This document shows, piece after piece, positions 41,394 to 50,496 of a stretch of DNA of 64,000 nt. The notes under the pieces were generated by a model that was not told the origin of the DNA, did no database searches, and saw only the letters and a program-made list of their open reading frames with translations. The DNA comes from Cenarchaeum sp. (GTDB lineage: Archaea > Thermoproteota > Nitrososphaeria > Nitrososphaerales > Nitrosopumilaceae): the NCBI GenBank assembly GCA_963692915.1, contig OY843584.1, positions 1,344,001-1,408,000 of the forward strand, in the 5' to 3' direction. The first letter of the stretch is position 1; every line of letters begins with the position of its first letter. The position numbers were made by a program, and so were the translations under genes.

Positions 41394-42453
41394 CGCACCC
41401 TCCTGTGGTCAAGTCTATGCAGGTGGCGCCTGCGTCATAGTGCATCTGTATCCTCGAGAGCAGCCAGAGTGTGGCGCTGCCGGGATTGCGTTTTTTGAGC
41501 GTGATGAGAAGCGCGGGGGAGTCCTCGTATTTGGTCGAGATTGCGGTGCTCAGGTACGTTCCGCTGCCCCCGTCAAAGGTCGGAACATAGTGGCACGTGT
41601 CTCCCTGCCTGAGGTGTCTCTCTAGCATGCGCGGAAACCTGGGATTCCCAAACACAATGTCCACAAACCGCTGCACGTCCTCGATCTTTTTTGAGAGCAG
41701 AATCGTGACCCCGCCGCCGATGTCGGTGAGGTCCGGGCCCATAAGGCAGCCCGTGCTGCACTCCTCGACCCTGGTGGCCATCCTTGCGTACCTCTCCCTG
41801 ACCATGCCGGCGAGGCGCAGGTGCGCCTCCACACACGTCCCGTCCCTTGCGGCGATCCACCCATCGCAGTCAGCGTCGATCTCCACGTGGCCGGAGCCGT
41901 CGGCCCCGGCACCCCTCGCGCGCACTGTTCCCAGGACCGTGCGGCCGGCCACCATGCGCGTCTCCTGGCGGCTCGCCCGCGCTGTGCCGTTGAGGCCGTT
42001 TACGTCACTGCGCCACTCGTTGACGCACTCGTTCAGCGCGCGCGGCCCTATCCAGGCGCGGTTGACCTGCGTCGTGTAGATGAGGAGCGCCATCGCATAG
42101 GCGGCGACCCTGTCAGGAGCCAGCGTGTGCACAAGGCAAAACCTCCCCATGCGCCGATCCAGGTACAGCTCGCAGTCCGGCACAAGCTTTCGGTAGGCGC
42201 GGCTCCCTGGCTGCAGCTCCCCGACGTAGCGGGGCACCAGCGTGGAGACGCCGGCCACTCCGGTTGGCGTCTCGGTCCACCCCATGTACGGCCGGCGGCT
42301 TGTCAGGGCGCGACCGTGCTCGAGGTCGGCGACGAACGTCTTTAGCCCCATGGATCCCGCGGTTTCCATGCCAACGCGCATCATGGCGCGCAGCGCCCCG
42401 TCAATCTCGGCGCCGGTGCGCACCGACCCAAGCCCTGCCACTACGGCCGTCAT
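41386..42453 (-). CDS. Hypothetical protein, coupled to the PD-(D/E)xK gene
   Basis: Long ORF; start placed at MTAVV after a TATATTT box; 8-bp overlap with the next gene. Confidence 0.6.
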   Translation of the reverse strand: MTAVVAGLGSVRTGAEIDGALRAMMRVGMETAGSMGLKTFVADLEHGRALTSRRPYMGWTETPTGVAGVSTLVPRYVGELQPGSRAYRKLVPDCELYLDRRMGRFCLVHTLAPDRVAAYAMALLIYTTQVNRAWIGPRALNECVNEWRSDVNGLNGTARASRQETRMVAGRTVLGTVRARGAGADGSGHVEIDADCDGWIAARDGTCVEAHLRLAGMVRERYARMATRVEECSTGCLMGPDLTDIGGGVTILLSKKIEDVQRFVDIVFGNPRFPRMLERHLRQGDTCHYVPTFDGGSGTYLSTAISTKYEDSPALLITLKKRNPGSATLWLLSRIQMHYDAGATCIDLTTGGCGG

Positions 42454-42505
42454 GGCATGCGTCAGACCCCATGCCAAATATATCCATTTGCCGAGCACAA
42501 GCTTT

Positions 42506-42628
42506 TGCCTTGCATGAAAATTGGTGGGGTGGGCAGGAACGCCTGCAGGGCGCAGATCAGGCGGATCCGGAAACCTGGGGCGGGTAGAGGACACGAACGG
42601 GCAGCGCTCCTGCTTTCCGTATAAAACA
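42506..42628. mobile_element. IS481-derived MITE
   Basis: TGCCTTGCATGAAAATTGG ... CGCTCCTGCTTTCCGTATAAAACA. Confidence 0.65.
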
Positions 42629-42679
42629 AAAGAGCAAGTCATTGAAAAACTATTTACGTGTGCGAGGCAATAACTGTGC

Positions 42680-43885
42680 GTGAGCAGGGAGTTGGGGGTT
42701 GGATCGGGCAAGGAGATCGGCGACGAGCATCTATGCAAGTGTGGCGATTGGTTTGGCATAGAATTTCTCGAACTGGGAAAGGTAAAAGGCATACACGTGG
42801 ACGATCGTGTCCCCGTGCGAGTGTGCCCATCATGCAAGAACACGAAAATTCCCACCCATGTTGGGGCCCTGATTTCGCAGGCTGTCAAAGAGGCCAAGCG
42901 GCGGAAAACGCAAAAGTGCCGAGTCAGCACAAGAGAACACAGATTCAAACTGTGCCCAAATGTGGAGTTCAAATATTCTAGTGTTGATCTAGAGCTAATT
43001 CCCGGACTAAAGCGCCTGACAGGCAAGGTGGACGGGTATTACGTTCCCGTGTTTTTTAATGAAGCTGTGCTGATAAAATACGCCTTTCAAGACGGATATT
43101 CAATAGTGCCGATTGGCGCTGGTGGGCAGATTAACTTTGGTGAATGCAGTCTAGACTATGGTAGAAATAGGCATGGAGACCTATTTTGTTGGCTTGGAAA
43201 TCTTGATAAAATTCCACAAAACGAACAGCAGTATATGTTGTCAGAGAACATAGAGTCCAAACATGACATAGTTTCAGATCTCTACAGAAAAACATGTTTC
43301 AGCATACCAGTAGAGGACTCTGATGAACAAAAGTTGATAAAATCGATGGAGAGATTCGGGCATAAATCGCAAATGAAATTCGGAACAAAAATATGCAATT
43401 TGGATAAAGAGCGGCATGCAATTGCTGAAAAAATGATCAGGCCGGTAATTTGGAATGAATATATGGCGGGCGCAGTCTGTGATTTAGCCGGCATTTGCAT
43501 GGACTCCATTAATGTAAAATTTCAAAGGGGCGAACTAGACGAAGATCAAGTTTGGAAGAAAAGGCTTTGTCTTCTAGAAGATTGGATAAGTGGAAAGCTT
43601 GCGTTTGATGGACAAAGCACGATGAGGCCCTTTTTTGTGCTATATGACTGGTTCATGTGTCTGTCTCGCGGCTATGGTGAGGGGAGTGACAAGATACTAG
43701 ACTCATGCTATGATCGAATGGAATTAAAAGAGCATAAAGGTGATGCTGAAAAACTGTATGATCGCATAGTCTCGGAGATTACACAATCGTATATTCAGCT
43801 AGCTGAGAGAACCGATGCGATGGACTCGGTTCAGGCAAATGAGACGGTGCACGGATCTTCACAGCAAAAGCTTGTCGTCGACTAG
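42680..43885 (+). CDS. Hypothetical protein with N-terminal zinc ribbon
   Basis: CKCG and CPSC pairs; PVFFNEAVLIKY and WLGNLDKIPQNEQQY; AT-rich relative to flanks. Confidence 0.75.
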   Translation: MSRELGVGSGKEIGDEHLCKCGDWFGIEFLELGKVKGIHVDDRVPVRVCPSCKNTKIPTHVGALISQAVKEAKRRKTQKCRVSTREHRFKLCPNVEFKYSSVDLELIPGLKRLTGKVDGYYVPVFFNEAVLIKYAFQDGYSIVPIGAGGQINFGECSLDYGRNRHGDLFCWLGNLDKIPQNEQQYMLSENIESKHDIVSDLYRKTCFSIPVEDSDEQKLIKSMERFGHKSQMKFGTKICNLDKERHAIAEKMIRPVIWNEYMAGAVCDLAGICMDSINVKFQRGELDEDQVWKKRLCLLEDWISGKLAFDGQSTMRPFFVLYDWFMCLSRGYGEGSDKILDSCYDRMELKEHKGDAEKLYDRIVSEITQSYIQLAERTDAMDSVQANETVHGSSQQKLVVD

Positions 43886-44055
43886 CGGCACGGCCACGGG
43901 GGGAGCTGACCTTGTTGAAGCCTGTGGTTCGGATCTGTGGAGGTTGTCTGTGCGTGCGCACTCTGAACCGCCCCCCTTGGCTGGTCGCCCTGTCAGGCAC
44001 ATGATCGACTATTGAATTCCTTAAAGGGTTTATTTGGTTCCCCGCCCGCCACCTG

Positions 44056-44130
44056 ATTCAAGGTGAAAAGCCGGTCTGAGGGCCACCCCAGGGGCGGCGG
44101 CGGCGGCGGCCATATGGCCGCACCGTCGCC
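44056..44130 (+). ncRNA. Putative structured ncRNA, orphan copy of the DUF3800-associated element
   Basis: TTTATTT box at about 44028; TCAAGGTG...CACCCCAGGGGCGGCGG...GCGGCCATATGGCCGCACCGTCGCC two-hairpin pattern. Confidence 0.55.
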
Positions 44131-44392
44131 TCGCTTTTAAGATATGAAAGGTGCCAGAACCGGCTTTGGGGCAATACACAATTGAGCGCATCCACGAGAG
44201 ACCCCCTCTCGGGATATCCATTCGTGGACAAAGCCTGACGCGTATGAGGCCAGCACCACTGCCCCTTTTGGTCAAATAGGCGCGATCTTGCTGTGACATC
44301 TGGCCTAAACATGTGCGTACGGCAGTGTTGGCCTCATGCACACCCCGCGCGGCAACAAGTTATATGGTAACGCAGTCGGCCTCTGTGCGCAG

Positions 44393-45115
44393 ATGAGGCG
44401 CTTTACGCAGGCAGAGGCCAAGGAGATAGGCGACGGCCTGGACACGCCAGAGGCGACCCTAGAGTGGGCACTCGGCGAGCTCCACCCAAGGATAGCAAAG
44501 GCGTCTAGCCTCGGGGCCGAGGACTCGGTCATAATACACATGATGGCCGCCATCAGAAAGGACGCGCGCCTCATCACGCTTGACACGGGCCGGCTCAACG
44601 CCGAGACGTACGAGGTCATGGAGACCATGAAGGAGAGGTACGGCGTGCGCTTTGAGGTCGTCTGCCCCGAGGCAGCCGAGGTCTCCGAGATGGTCAACGA
44701 GCACGGGGTAAACCTCTTTTACAAGAGTGTCGAGAACCGCATCATGTGCTGCGGCGTGCGAAAGGTAAACCCGCTAAAGCGCGCCCTCGCCGGACTCGAC
44801 GCGTGGATAACGGGGGTTCGCTCCGATCAGACCGAGAACCGGCGCGATGCGGGCCGCATAGAGGTCGATGAGAGCCACGGCGGGATACTAAAGGTAAACC
44901 CGCTCGTGTCGTGGACGTGGGATGATGTCTGGTCCTATATCAAAAAGAATGACATTCCGTATCACCCGCTGCTTGACAGCGGATACAAGAGCATAGGTTG
45001 CGCGCCGTGCACGCGCGCGGTTCGCGACGGCGAGGGCCTGCGCGACGGGCGATGGTGGTGGGAGGGCCAGTCCGGCAGCAAAGAGTGCGGCCTCCACGTG
45101 GAGCGTGGTGCATAG
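44393..45115 (+). CDS. cysH: APS/PAPS reductase
   Basis: [32 protein letters not shown]. Confidence 0.95.
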   Translation: MRRFTQAEAKEIGDGLDTPEATLEWALGELHPRIAKASSLGAEDSVIIHMMAAIRKDARLITLDTGRLNAETYEVMETMKERYGVRFEVVCPEAAEVSEMVNEHGVNLFYKSVENRIMCCGVRKVNPLKRALAGLDAWITGVRSDQTENRRDAGRIEVDESHGGILKVNPLVSWTWDDVWSYIKKNDIPYHPLLDSGYKSIGCAPCTRAVRDGEGLRDGRWWWEGQSGSKECGLHVERGA

Positions 45116-45117
45116 CC

Positions 45118-46245
45118 ATGGCAATAAAGCCACACGGCGGCAAGCTCGTCAACTGTGTCTCCTCCGAGTCAGCGCCAGACGGACTCGCCGAGCTCGAGGT
45201 GCGGGCCGGCGCGATGAGTGACATTGAGAATATCGCCGACGGGATATTCAGTCCCCTAGAGGGGTTTCTCGGCGAGGCAGACCTGGCCGCCGTCATCAAG
45301 GGCGGCAGGCTAGCTGACGGAACCGCCTGGACGATTCCCATACTCCTTGACGTCAGCGCAGAGGACGCAAAGGCCGCACTCGATGCCGGCGAGGTACTGC
45401 TGCGCGAGGGCGAGGGCAGGGCAGTGATGCAGGTAGAGGAGTCCCATACGCTTGATCGCGGCGCGCTTGCGCGCGGGATATACGGGACGGAGGATGCGGC
45501 CCACCCCGGAGTGGCGAGCACGGCGGCGATGCGCGAGGCGCTCCTTGGGGGCAAGATACGCCTCATCAGGCGGCCGGCGGACTCGACTCTGAGGCGGCGA
45601 AGGATGACTCCAGTGCAGACGCGCGAGGCCTTTGAGGCCGCCGGCTGGAAGGAGATCGTCGCGTTTCAGACGCGCAACCCGCCGCACGTCGCCCACGAGA
45701 TGCTCCAAAAGGCAGCGCTGGCCACGCGCGACGGCGTGTTCGTCAACCCGCTCGTGGGCAAGAAAAAATCCGGTGACTTTGCCGATGATGTCATCATAGG
45801 CGCGTATGAGGAGATGATTCGCGCATACTATCCGGAGAACCGCTGTGTCCTAGGCACGCTCCACACGGAGATGAGGTATGCCGGCCCAAAGGAGGCCATA
45901 CACCACGCGATAATGCGCCAGAACTATGGCTGCACGCACATCATTATCGGCCGTGACCACGCCGGTGTAGGCAAGTACTATGAGCCCTTTGCGGCACACG
46001 AGATATTTGGCTCGTACGGCGACCTCGACATAGAGCCCGTATTTTTCCCCGCCGTCTTTTACTGCAGCTCGTGCCTTGCGTTCTCTACTGCAAAGGGGTG
46101 TCCGCACGGCCCTGAGAGCCGCCTCAACGTGTCTGGCACGGCGCTGCGCGAGATGTTCCAGGCCGGCAAGACGCCAAGCGAGTACACGATGCGCCCAGAG
46201 GTAACGCGCCTCATAGAGGGCCACGCCTCGCCGTTTGTGGAGTGA
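45118..46245 (+). CDS. sat: Sulfate adenylyltransferase
   Basis: [36 protein letters not shown]. Confidence 0.96.
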   Translation: MAIKPHGGKLVNCVSSESAPDGLAELEVRAGAMSDIENIADGIFSPLEGFLGEADLAAVIKGGRLADGTAWTIPILLDVSAEDAKAALDAGEVLLREGEGRAVMQVEESHTLDRGALARGIYGTEDAAHPGVASTAAMREALLGGKIRLIRRPADSTLRRRRMTPVQTREAFEAAGWKEIVAFQTRNPPHVAHEMLQKAALATRDGVFVNPLVGKKKSGDFADDVIIGAYEEMIRAYYPENRCVLGTLHTEMRYAGPKEAIHHAIMRQNYGCTHIIIGRDHAGVGKYYEPFAAHEIFGSYGDLDIEPVFFPAVFYCSSCLAFSTAKGCPHGPESRLNVSGTALREMFQAGKTPSEYTMRPEVTRLIEGHASPFVE

Positions 46246-46248
46246 GCA

Positions 46249-46914
46249 ATGAGGGCAGCACTCGCGCTCGTGGCCCTGGCAACAGTCACGCTTGGCGCAC
46301 ACGCGCAAGAGGAGATAAACCCGTCACTTGGCATAGTCGACATCAATGTTGGCGCGGCTGACTTTAACGTCGTCGCGCGCGATGCCACAGTGAACGGACT
46401 TGATGCGGTCCATGACACGAGCTGGCAGGTGACCATACGCAACGGCCTAGAGTATGTCGAGGGCGGCAAGGGTGCGGTCCTGCGCCTCCATGACGCCGAG
46501 GAGGAGGGCAAGTTCATCGAGGTCGGCATGGGTCCGACGCCAGACAGGATGTTCTGGGCCGCAGTCAGCCTGCCTAGTGCCGAGGGGTACGTGCCGGTCC
46601 ACTCGATGGCCGAGCGCGGGTGGTCCCCGTCATCGGCAGTCATCGTCGCGTACACGGATCGCGCCGGAATGACGATAAACAATGGCCAGAGGATCGTCGT
46701 CTCAAACCTTGATGTCGGCGAGTTTGCGATATCGTCATGGTCGGCGCACGCAGTAGAGTCGTACCTTGATGGGCCCTCAGTGGCGTCTGGCACGTACTCT
46801 TTTGAGATACTCTCAGGAGATCCCGCCGAGAACGCGTTTCACCTATTTCCGTTCTATGTTACCGCGGCCGTGGGCGCGCTGGCAGGGCTCCTCTTTTTGA
46901 CAAAGCGCCGCTGA
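46249..46914 (+). CDS. Exported protein with C-terminal membrane anchor
   Basis: Signal peptide; C-terminal TM helix followed by KRR. Confidence 0.8.
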   Translation: MRAALALVALATVTLGAHAQEEINPSLGIVDINVGAADFNVVARDATVNGLDAVHDTSWQVTIRNGLEYVEGGKGAVLRLHDAEEEGKFIEVGMGPTPDRMFWAAVSLPSAEGYVPVHSMAERGWSPSSAVIVAYTDRAGMTINNGQRIVVSNLDVGEFAISSWSAHAVESYLDGPSVASGTYSFEILSGDPAENAFHLFPFYVTAAVGALAGLLFLTKRR

Positions 46915-46922
46915 GACGTGCG

Positions 46923-47621
46923 CTATTTGGCCCGCTTACGCACCGGTGCCCCGCGAGTTATACTGCGATAGTATGCGCAGTGTCGGCGTATCTTGCACAC
47001 GTCGCACATTGGCGATATGGGCTTGCAGATGTTCTGACCATACATGACAAACGTGTCGTTTATCTCTAGCCAGTATCGCCGCGGAATCGCCTCGGTGAGC
47101 GCAGCCTCAGTCTCCTCGGGCGTCTTTGTGCTTGCGATGCCAAGGCGGTTTGATATGCGGTGGACATGTATGTCCACGGGTATGGCCGGCTCGTCAAACG
47201 CGTAAACTAGGACACAGTTTGCAGTCTTGCGCCCAACGCCGGGAAGCTCTAGGAGCGCGTCGAGGCGTTTTGGGACGCGACCCCCATGGCGCGAGGAGAT
47301 GATCCTGGCCACGTCGATTATGCGGCGCGCCTTTACGCGATAGAATCCAATCGAGTGGATTATGCGCTCCACGTCGCGAACCCTTGCGCCGGCGAGTTCG
47401 GTCGGTGTCCTGTACCGCTCAAAGAGGCGGCGCACGACCTTGGCCGTGTTCTCATCCCTTGTGCGCGCCGAGAGGATTGTGCCGATGAGTATGCTAAACG
47501 GGCCAGTCTCGGCCTCGTGGAGCTCGCGCAGTGCCGTCATGCGCGGTGGGCGGACGGCCTTCATCGTGGATCGCATGCCCGTCAGTATCTCCCTGATCGG
47601 CGGGGTGCGGCGTGGCGCCAT
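46923..47621 (-). CDS. nth: Endonuclease III
   Basis: HhH LPGVGRKTAN, VDIHVHRI, CKPISPMCDVCKIRRHC Fe-S motif. Confidence 0.95.
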   Translation of the reverse strand: MAPRRTPPIREILTGMRSTMKAVRPPRMTALRELHEAETGPFSILIGTILSARTRDENTAKVVRRLFERYRTPTELAGARVRDVERIIHSIGFYRVKARRIIDVARIISSRHGGRVPKRLDALLELPGVGRKTANCVLVYAFDEPAIPVDIHVHRISNRLGIASTKTPEETEAALTEAIPRRYWLEINDTFVMYGQNICKPISPMCDVCKIRRHCAYYRSITRGAPVRKRAK

Positions 47622-47864
47622 GCGCGCCGTGTTGGCGCAGGGGTGTATATATCACGTCGTGGCAGGGTTAGAGTCCGGGGCACACGGGGCAGGGTGTACA
47701 GTCGGCAGGCATTCCTGCCCAGTCTGCTATTCGTGCAATGCAGTAACGCTAATGATGACGAGGGCGCCGACCTGTCCAGTTCTGACCAATAATTGAGGCA
47801 ACAGGTGTGGTGTTTTTGCGATCAGCTCGCAGGTGTTTTATATTGGCAATTTTGAGCACTTCTA

Positions 47865-48692
47865 TTGAGCTCGTCGAATTTGCGTGATCGCAACCTGATC
47901 GATACCCTGGCTTCCCACATCGACACTGCAATCAAGGCATCTCCCTGCACGTGCGCCACGCTGCGCTCTGACGTGATCCTAGAGCTGGTTCTAAAGTACG
48001 GCCTTGACTCGAGGAGACGCATTCCCTGGTTTCGGCAACTATCCAATGACGCTCAAGAAAAATTTGGGCGTGCATTATTGAACTCTGGCAAAGAACAATT
48101 AACGAACATGCAAATCAGATACATTTATCGTACCCAGGTTCCCTCATCTGAGATGGCTGAGCGCAATAATAAGCAAAACGACATGTTTCAGGCACATAAA
48201 CTCGGCAATGCTGCCCGTGACTATGAGGAAGTTGCAGTCGCATACAATGCCTTGCTCCGATACCTGTGGTCTGGCGCAACTGTGCTCTCACGCTCCATAC
48301 ACGATAGTGGGGAACTCAATAGCATGCTGTCCATACACCGGCTTCGCTCGATTCGGCGCAATTTTGTGTCTACGTCAATCACCCAATCCCCCTGGTTCAG
48401 TCACCTCGACGTGTCATATCGCATCAAGGTCACTGACCGGTATAGGGAACACGCATTACCGCTCACATACACGTCCATTTTTGCCGTCGCAAGACCGGAG
48501 GTTCTTGCCGGACCCAAGAGCATTCGCTATCCGGAAGACGAGGTACGCATAAAAAATGGAACCTCGATTGAAAAGAATACGCTTGAGGTTTTCTTTCGCT
48601 TCAAAACGCCCCCTTCAAAGTCCCTAACGAGTGAACTGATCGAATCGTACTCCCCCCTTGGACCCGTGCACATTGAATGTTGCAGTCGATAA
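47865..48692 (+). CDS. Family A copy 7 (most divergent): putative ADP-ribosyltransferase
   Basis: VLSRSIH...FVSTSIT...PEDEVRI; same promoter motif as the other copies. Confidence 0.7.
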   Translation: MSSSNLRDRNLIDTLASHIDTAIKASPCTCATLRSDVILELVLKYGLDSRRRIPWFRQLSNDAQEKFGRALLNSGKEQLTNMQIRYIYRTQVPSSEMAERNNKQNDMFQAHKLGNAARDYEEVAVAYNALLRYLWSGATVLSRSIHDSGELNSMLSIHRLRSIRRNFVSTSITQSPWFSHLDVSYRIKVTDRYREHALPLTYTSIFAVARPEVLAGPKSIRYPEDEVRIKNGTSIEKNTLEVFFRFKTPPSKSLTSELIESYSPLGPVHIECCSR

Positions 48693-48895
48693 GCTTCCGT
48701 GCAAGTCGATGATCCTGGCGGCCATCACACAGCTGCACGGTGTGTCAGGAGGACGGCTATGACCACATGGTGACAACACGGTGGGTTGCCCACAGGTTCG
48801 CCCTAGCTCTAAACCCAGACAGCGCGCGCCTGTGTCTGTAGTCACGCCTGCACGTGACACTAGGCTTAATAGGCGCAACGCCACAAGGAAGCCCA

Positions 48896-49150
48896 ATGGA
48901 CGCACACCGTGAAGGCATGAGGCTCATCGCCCAAGGTCTTCAATACTATGGCCCTGTTTCTGCCGCAGAGATCATGACGCGGCTCATAGGGTTGTTCTCC
49001 GAAAAGGAGGCATGGGATGTGATCGCAGAAGCCGAGAAGATCGGCATGATCGAGCGCGCCGAGATGATCTTCGAGGGGGCAGCCCCAGAAGAGCAAGAGT
49101 GGCGCCTCGTCAAGGGATTCGACGTGGAGCAGCTAGAGATACCTGCATAG
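48896..49150 (+). CDS. Family B copy 20
   Basis: Family consensus; downstream of family A copy 7; CTTAATA box. Confidence 0.8.
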   Translation: MDAHREGMRLIAQGLQYYGPVSAAEIMTRLIGLFSEKEAWDVIAEAEKIGMIERAEMIFEGAAPEEQEWRLVKGFDVEQLEIPA

Positions 49151-49239
49151 ACAAACACCCATCCTCCCTTGTTTTGGCTTACTCTGCACATCCTGTGCAC
49201 TTTCATTTCTGACTTTGGGCGTATGCTAGTCGTTTTTAC

Positions 49240-49501
49240 TGCCTTGTACGAAAAGTAGGAGCGGGGCAAGATGTCTTGCCGGGCGCAGATCCTGGAGCCC
49301 TAAGAAAGTCAGCGGGCTCGACAGGCTGCCAAAACACGTACTTGGGATCTCTGGCGTCGGCGAGCCATGCGGGTCAGGAGGCTTGACGGGCGGGCGCTCC
49401 GGCACGTGGCCAGGACGCTGGCATTGAGGCGGAGGCCGACGTGCGAGAGCCATGGGTGGGCGGAGAGGACAAATGGGCAAGTCTACGTTTTGTGCAAGGC
49501 A
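49240..49501. mobile_element. IS481 internally deleted remnant
   Basis: Left TIR TGCCTTGTACGAAAAGTAGGAGCG plus decayed transposase 5' end; closes with TTTTGTGCAAGGCA. Confidence 0.7.
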
Positions 49502-49609
49502 GCATACTCCCCAAGATCAATATTTTTATTAGCGCGAAGTGCATAGTCGCCTCTTTATTAATAAGAGCTGGGGTTGATGCGGCGCTCATCAAGTATGCAC
49601 GGTGCGCGC

Positions 49610-49990
49610 ATGATCGAGTTATTATTGCGGTGGCTCGCGGGGGTGGGCATGGTCTTTGGCAAGAGTCGGCACGTGGGTCAAGAGTGGGCACGCCTCCAGG
49701 AGGCCGAGGCAAAGCACGGCAAGGAGAGCCGTGAATATTCAAAGGCGCTATCGCGGTGGATAAGGTGCCTCAAGACCGAGGCGGCCGTGGCCACAAAGCG
49801 CGCATACATTGCGATGGGGAATCTACGCGCAGCCGGCGCAAGGGTCAGCAAGGCCAAGACCCTCCACGGAGTGGACAGCAAAGAGTATGAGGAGGCAATG
49901 GCCGAATTCAAGGAAGCCGAGGAGCGAACCGCCGAGGCCATGCGCGCACTAGAGCCGATCCAGCGCGCGGCGCTCTCGATCGACATATAG
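49610..49990 (+). CDS. Hypothetical helical/coiled-coil protein
   Basis: Two (H/Y)GxxSxEY repeats; paralog of the next gene. Confidence 0.65.
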   Translation: MIELLLRWLAGVGMVFGKSRHVGQEWARLQEAEAKHGKESREYSKALSRWIRCLKTEAAVATKRAYIAMGNLRAAGARVSKAKTLHGVDSKEYEEAMAEFKEAEERTAEAMRALEPIQRAALSIDI

Positions 49991-50035
49991 GCCGATCCGC
50001 TAACTTTTTTATTGATCCACGCGTGGCGCGTGGAC

Positions 50036-50473
50036 ATGAATCTGTTTGGGAGCGGTGGTCTCGGGGCGATCAGGGCACGTCTCCGTGTGCGCCGCAAGGA
50101 GGTTCCTGACACGAACGTGTTTGGCAGGGGCGGCAGCGGCAAGAAAGAGTGGGTCGAGCTCTGCAGGGCACGGGCCACTTACGGCGAGCAGAGTCCCGAG
50201 TATACGCGCGCCGGAACCGCATGGATCGCGTTCCTTGGGGCCGAGACGCGTGTCCTGGGTGCCGAGACGCTAAAGGTCGAGCAAGAGAGCGAGGAGCTGC
50301 AGGCCAAGGTCATGAAGATAATCGAAAAGTATGGGAGAAACAGCCCCGAGTTCACCGAGGCTCTAAAGGAGATCGAGGAGATGGGTGTAAAGATCGCAAA
50401 GGTGACCAAGAGGTTAAAGGCTCTGCGAGCCGCAACAAACTCGTATTTTGCGAGCTTGCCCAAATCGTTATAA
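50036..50473 (+). CDS. Hypothetical helical/coiled-coil protein
   Basis: YGEQSPEY and YGRNSPEF repeats. Confidence 0.65.
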   Translation: MNLFGSGGLGAIRARLRVRRKEVPDTNVFGRGGSGKKEWVELCRARATYGEQSPEYTRAGTAWIAFLGAETRVLGAETLKVEQESEELQAKVMKIIEKYGRNSPEFTEALKEIEEMGVKIAKVTKRLKALRAATNSYFASLPKSL

Positions 50474-50496
50474 CCGCGCCGGCTCTGCGCGCGAAC

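Noticed and set aside
47865-48692. Family A as a RES-domain or DarT toxin
   Set aside because: Motif order is R-S-ExE rather than R-E-S, and there is no Xre/MbcA or macrodomain (DarG) partner
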